Positions 60,501 to 64,000 of a DNA stretch of 64,000 nucleotides are shown piece by piece. The DNA lies in contig CAXXHG010000038.1 in NCBI GenBank assembly GCA_963666315.2, positions 32,001 to 96,000 of the forward strand. Direction: 5' to 3'. Source of the DNA: Candidatus Binatia bacterium. GTDB lineage: Bacteria; Desulfobacterota; Binatia; Bin18. A model generated the notes under the pieces. That model made no database searches, had not been told where the DNA came from, and saw only the letters and a program-made list of their open reading frames with translations. A program made the translations under genes and the position numbers. Within the stretch, counting starts at the first letter, position 1. Every line of letters begins with the position of its first letter.

Positions 60501-60939
60501 CCGCCCTCGTCTCGCGAGCCAGCTTTGTATCGATCACTGCGTAGGACCAGTCTCCGAGGTCGCTAGGTGTATCGATTTTCCGAAGGAAGTCAGCCTGGCC
60601 GCGCCAGGCATCATCCGCCAGCACGGCCTGGTAGATGATGTCTGTGCCGTCGCGCATTGCGGCAAGGGTTCCCGCTACGCCGGACGGCGAATCCACATGA
60701 TCCCCGTCAGGATTGTCCATATCGGCGATGGAGCATCCTTGATCGCGTAAATACTCCAGGTACTGTTCCTCGTGCGCCTGACCCCGCTCTCGGAGTTCGT
60801 CCATGAACGGTCCATAGCGAACAGGCCGTTTTGCCAATCCATTGGCTGCACGCAAATCGAGTGAAGACAGATGCCGGCAACTGAGGAAGTTGCCCAGATC
60901 TGTCGGGGCGAGAGAGATTCTGTCGGATCTCCTATGCAT
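57520..60939 (-). CDS. TM0106-family RecB/Cas4-like nuclease / RNase H-like / SF1 helicase, copy 2
   Basis: FLSCRH, GQADFL..VIDTKLA..QL, HCDLCAWWKTC, FLDFEG, YSIKDLE, YNREDC, GPPGTGKT, DEAGQ, DRFQGQE, RFNVATSRA. Confidence 0.92.
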   Translation of the reverse strand: MHRRSDRISLAPTDLGNFLSCRHLSSLDLRAANGLAKRPVRYGPFMDELRERGQAHEEQYLEYLRDQGCSIADMDNPDGDHVDSPSGVAGTLAAMRDGTDIIYQAVLADDAWRGQADFLRKIDTPSDLGDWSYAVIDTKLARETRAGTILQLCVYSYLLGKMQGVRPENMYVVTPGNDFEPLPYRVDEYAAYFRLLENGIGEFIREPEETYPELVSHCDLCAWWKTCEQRRRRDDQLCYVAGITKSQIKSLRSIGVDRLGALAQTKDIPDPPHGSKEALTRVRDQARVQYVGRERKAPYYELKEPFDAEHGLALLPSPTADDIFLDFEGNHFTEHGVQEYLTGYVTRGSNGKDLYTPLWAGTLEEERHAFERFMDTATEVRERNPDAHIYHFAPYEPTALKRLMGRFATREVELDRLLRGQAFVDLYPVVKHALLAGVERYSIKDLEPFFGYARQQDLRDASLSRRIIEHAIEAGDMDETFDEHRRVVEDYNREDCESAQRLRDWLEHLRAGVIGKGHKLPRPAAQDDEASEKISELDRELQRLRDGLLDAVPLNPEERSAEHQARFILAHMMEFHRREAKAGWWEYFRVRELEESDYADERRALIGLTFREVLDPKPAPLQRYQFPTQELDVRRGDDISFDNNKRLGGVTDINYSERTIDIQKSKATADTHPTAVVFHSRVNAEPLQRSLMRLGEAVLACGLAAPSPYKSAIELLLRRSSPLVDEHGVLQQQNETTVEAACRLAVGLDEHVLAIQGPPGTGKTFTGGQMICELKRRGLKVGVTAVSHKVIVNLLETALEAAEKQGVDLRAIHRQSGEYEGKWGIERKTAYPAIRSQLGDGGIDVLGATPWCWARPEFEQSVDVLIVDEAGQMTLSNVLAASPAGTGLILLGDPQQLEQPLQSSHPEGSEASALYHLLDGADTMPPDKGLFLGETWRLHPDIARFTSEIYYEGKVTARPELVHQAILPLQGNGLRFSGSGLRYVAVPHTGNQAKSLEEVAAIAEIVRELLETASWRNKENEVSQLTAQDLLIVAPYNAQVAALIEALPELKDRIGTVDRFQGQEAPVVIYSMTSSSPEDAPRGMEFLYNRHRFNVATSRARALCILVGNPALFEPECRTPHQMKMANGFCRYLELAQTV

Positions 60940-61085
60940 GGGACTCCTATAACGCGAGCAAAGCCCTCTTCCTTAACGTGGCGGGTCAAGGGAGCCAAGG
61001 CGCCAGAAGGGCCGCACAATTCTCGTTCCGAAGGCAGGCTTGGGCATGTCCCGTCGTCCCGTATTCCGCCCGACCTTTCGCTCCA

Positions 61086-61648
61086 TCACTCAAGCAATGC
61101 TTTCAGCAATGCGTCCGGCGTATCCGAATAAAATTGGATGTTGACCCGCGTTGCCATGTCGTCGGAGAGTTCGTACAGCTGTTTGCGCGCCGCTACCGGC
61201 ATGAGCACCGTCTCCGCCCCCTTGTCGACAGCGACTTCGACGATCCCGACGGCATTCGCCAACGGTTCCACTGACCCGCCCAGGTTTAATGCGCCGACCA
61301 CGATCAGGCCGCCCTTCGTACTCTTCTCCAGTAGGCCGCTGCAAAGGGCCAGTAACGCCGGCAAGCCAAGGCCTGTACCAGCGCGGTCATTGTCCATAGC
61401 ACGGATCTGCACAGAGAACTCGTGCGCGCGCGGGTCTTTGTCACCAACAAGTTCCCTTGAACGGGTATAGAGGTTCTGCTCGGCATAGCGGGCACTCTCG
61501 CGAAATGCCGGCGGTACTGGGGCATTCAGTATTTTGACACCGCTGCCCCGGCCTACCGTCACTTCTAGGCGATAGAGGCTGGCCCCCGGCTCCGGCCCAC
61601 CCGGACTGATTCCCCATACCTGTCCTGGCGGCAGCGGGTCAGGCTCAC
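61086..61648 (-). pseudogene. brxL: BREX BrxL Lon-like protease, C-terminal fragment
   Basis: DPLPPGQVWGI...LYRLEVTVG.GSG...FRES...LNLGGS...KGA..VLMP...KAL; the MCM-like ATPase N-terminus is missing. Confidence 0.8.
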
Positions 61649-61963
61649 ATGATCGGGCTTCTGGGCATCCTTCAATTTGTTACTCTCCAGTCTGCTTCAA
61701 GCACGCGGGTGCTTGGCACCGATGGGCCAGCGGAGCACGTTGCGGAAAGAGTAAATGGAACACCAGCGAAATCAAGAGGTCGATGGCCTGTCTCTTGATT
61801 GTTGCCATCGCCGTTTTTCTGTGGGGTACGAGACGCGTCGAGAACCTGCCTTCGCCTTTGACGAAGCCACAATGGTACAGCACACGCTCTAGGTACTCCT
61901 TGAGAACGAAGGCGTTCCGCATTCCCAATAAACAGACCCGCGCATGGACTGCTCAGCATGACG

Positions 61964-62989
61964 TCAGCTATTTTTCGCAGCGCCCACCGCTCGTCGAATC
62001 ATGTTGTCCACGGCGGGCGAGCAGTGGACAGGTATGAGGCTTACATCCGGGTGCGAGCGGGCGAAGACACGGAAAAGCTCGTCTGCAAAAGCTTGCCCGA
62101 TGGTCGAGATTCCCTGGAAGTCCAGCTCCACGCGCCTAAACATCTCAAAACGGTAGGAAACACGACGGGCCTGGGAACGCGAGACCAGAACGTGACCTTC
62201 CTGCTGAGCCAAGTGTAGCGGCACCACAGTCTTGTCGAAGCTGTACTCCTCCGGGTCCGAGTACGCGTCGAAAACGTCGCTCGTGGTCCGCTCGCTTTGA
62301 TTGCCCAGCCGAAGACGGACGATTGTACCACCGGCGGAGTCACCCTCCTCTTCATCGAACCTATCGAAGGAGTGTTCTGAGTGGCGAAACCGCAGCCGCC
62401 CCGACTCAATGTCGAATGCATCCATAACCCGCGAAGTGAAGAAGATACCTTCACCGGAATGGTTCTCCGGCGCGGTTGTCAGCTTGCCTTTGGCCAGTTC
62501 AAGAATCGCCTCCCGCGGGTCACTCAGCCCCAGAATTCGCTGGATCTTCAGAAAGATGCCCTCCCCATCGTCGCGGACTGTCACTTCCGTGTGGAGCGCA
62601 TCCCGGCGAACGCCCACATGGACCTGGCTGGACCCGGAGTGCTCGATCGCGTTGTTGATCATCTCGCTGGCAGCGTAGCGCCAACTATTCTGGACATTGT
62701 GAGGCAAGTCTGCGATGACCGGGGATATGACCTGTGTCACTACTCGATCCTCCTCAAGGCCGTCGCACGCGAAGGAGTCGTGCCTATCGCTGAGCAGCTT
62801 CAGACTGTAGACGCACGCACGCGTCGCGCCCTCCACATTGACCATGCCGTCGCTGGCAAGGCGCTTTAAGTAGCCGTTAGCGACCTGCCGTGATACGCCG
62901 ATGGCAGACGCCAATCGAGGACCGAGGCGGCGGCCGTCCTCGAAAATAAGTTCCAAGGCTCGCAAACGGACGGAATTTTTGTCAGGCAT
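61964..62989 (-). CDS. wHTH - HATPase_c - STAS-like (DUF4325) protein
   Basis: GVSRQVANGYL HTH; SEMINNAIEHS, RDDGEGIF, HSGEGIFFTSR; LVSRSQARR, LDFQGI..IGQAFADELFRVF. Confidence 0.85.
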   Translation of the reverse strand: MPDKNSVRLRALELIFEDGRRLGPRLASAIGVSRQVANGYLKRLASDGMVNVEGATRACVYSLKLLSDRHDSFACDGLEEDRVVTQVISPVIADLPHNVQNSWRYAASEMINNAIEHSGSSQVHVGVRRDALHTEVTVRDDGEGIFLKIQRILGLSDPREAILELAKGKLTTAPENHSGEGIFFTSRVMDAFDIESGRLRFRHSEHSFDRFDEEEGDSAGGTIVRLRLGNQSERTTSDVFDAYSDPEEYSFDKTVVPLHLAQQEGHVLVSRSQARRVSYRFEMFRRVELDFQGISTIGQAFADELFRVFARSHPDVSLIPVHCSPAVDNMIRRAVGAAKNS

Positions 62990-63080
62990 AGTGGAAAAAT
63001 TTGTATCATTATTAGGTCCATATTGTCAAATTTCTTGAGTAATTTGGAAAGAAAATAGAAAGAATTAGCAAGGGTCGCTT

Positions 63081-64000
63081 TTACTCCTTCTCAAACCCGT
63101 GACTGGTGAACTTGAGTGTCCGGCTGTTTTCCGTCACCGTCCGCACGACATGTTCCGGCGCCCCATCAGGAATATCCGCTTCAATCTCTAGAGTGATTCG
63201 TACTGATGCCCCAACGAGACCGGCAAGGTGAGTAATTACCTCGTCAGCGATCCGGCTTGCGTCACGTCCAGCACGCTCAGGATCAAGCGTTATGGTACCG
63301 TGATAGCGTTTGGGTTGAGTTGGGGGTTGCGGGTCCGACGTTCCGTTCTCTGTGTCGCCATTATCCTCACCTGGGCCTCCCCCTATGGGAGGTTCTGCCT
63401 CTTGCGATTCTTCATCCATCTGCTGACGGGCAACATCGGACTGTACAATAAATCCGCTATCACTGTTCGTTATGGCTATATTCTGCCCGGCATGTAAGCC
63501 ACGATAACGCGACGCGGACTCGTCATACGTCTCCGCATAGGCGAAGGAGTCCTGTCGCCAGGTTAATAGGCCCACACCAGTACCCATTGCATCTAACAAT
63601 ACCGTTGAGTCTTGAACCCGTGGTAAATAAAGATACCGTCCAAAATCGTCAACCACTTGGCCGACTGCAACGTGGTCACCGCGCCACAGTGGGACCCGAT
63701 CCAGCTCCATTCGGAGGCGAACCCCGCCCAGACTGGTAATGAGCAACTCGTCTCGCTCCAATTTCTTAGCGGCTCGGACCGCAAGGGCGTCCTGACCGGA
63801 GAGTCGGATAGCTTGCCATTCTACCGCTGCTTGAGGCGTATCTTGAATGGGGACAAGTAACCATTGGTAGACCTCGGGCAGTCTCGCCGTCACTGCCCCA
63901 TCGGCTGCGCTCTTCTGCGTTTCCGCCTGCTTGACCTGATTGGGGGATAAGTCCAGGAGCTCCTTCTCACCCAGGATGGATTCCCAGGCGAGATATTTCC
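63081..64000 (-). CDS. DUF499-family AAA+ ATPase, C-terminal part (runs off the window)
   Basis: Frame open to the window edge; LPEVYQWLLVP, RYLYLPR, YHGTITLDP.R..RD..RIADEV..HL, RTVTENSRTLKF..HGFE. Confidence 0.85.
   Translation of the reverse strand, partial: KYLAWESILGEKELLDLSPNQVKQAETQKSAADGAVTARLPEVYQWLLVPIQDTPQAAVEWQAIRLSGQDALAVRAAKKLERDELLITSLGGVRLRMELDRVPLWRGDHVAVGQVVDDFGRYLYLPRVQDSTVLLDAMGTGVGLLTWRQDSFAYAETYDESASRYRGLHAGQNIAITNSDSGFIVQSDVARQQMDEESQEAEPPIGGGPGEDNGDTENGTSDPQPPTQPKRYHGTITLDPERAGRDASRIADEVITHLAGLVGASVRITLEIEADIPDGAPEHVVRTVTENSRTLKFTSHGFEKE

Larger units (their letters stand above)
54283..64000. mobile_element. tRNA-Ala-targeted genomic (defence) island; one end only is visible
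   Basis: tRNA 3' fragment plus arm-like repeats, followed by a switch to phage- and defence-type cargo. Confidence 0.7.

Noticed and set aside
61672-61959. Possible small gene between the DUF4325 gene and the brxL relic
   Set aside because: Overlapping short ORFs with no recognisable motif or clear RBS.

Overview
Bacterial window of roughly 55-57% GC (estimated by eye). The gene content (many CaiB/BaiF CoA-transferases, acyl-CoA dehydrogenases, F420-type LLM, P450) resembles Binatota/deltaproteobacteria-like genomes; this is inference, not a database result. Bases 1-54.2 kb hold mostly catabolic and housekeeping genes (nadE, rsmI, cbiA). They include a cobalamin riboswitch heading a btuB-btuC-btuD-like operon that has no btuF but two uncharacterised small beta-rich proteins, and a hidden selenoprotein gene (UGSC family, in-frame TGA plus a perfect SECIS-like hairpin) that the ORF track splits in two. 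The same region has REP-containing miniature elements and many broken genes, several broken by single-base insertions. At 54283-54326 the 3' half of a tRNA-Ala(CGC), followed by four TGGCAGCAAA-like repeats, marks the att boundary of an integrated island that runs off the right edge. The island carries possible phage MuF/toxin-like relics, a YgjP-type peptidase relic, a second TM0106-family nuclease-helicase, a BrxL C-terminal relic, a wHTH-HATPase-STAS protein and the end of a DUF499 ATPase, and so looks like a defence island. All family calls come from motif recognition by eye; no searches were run.
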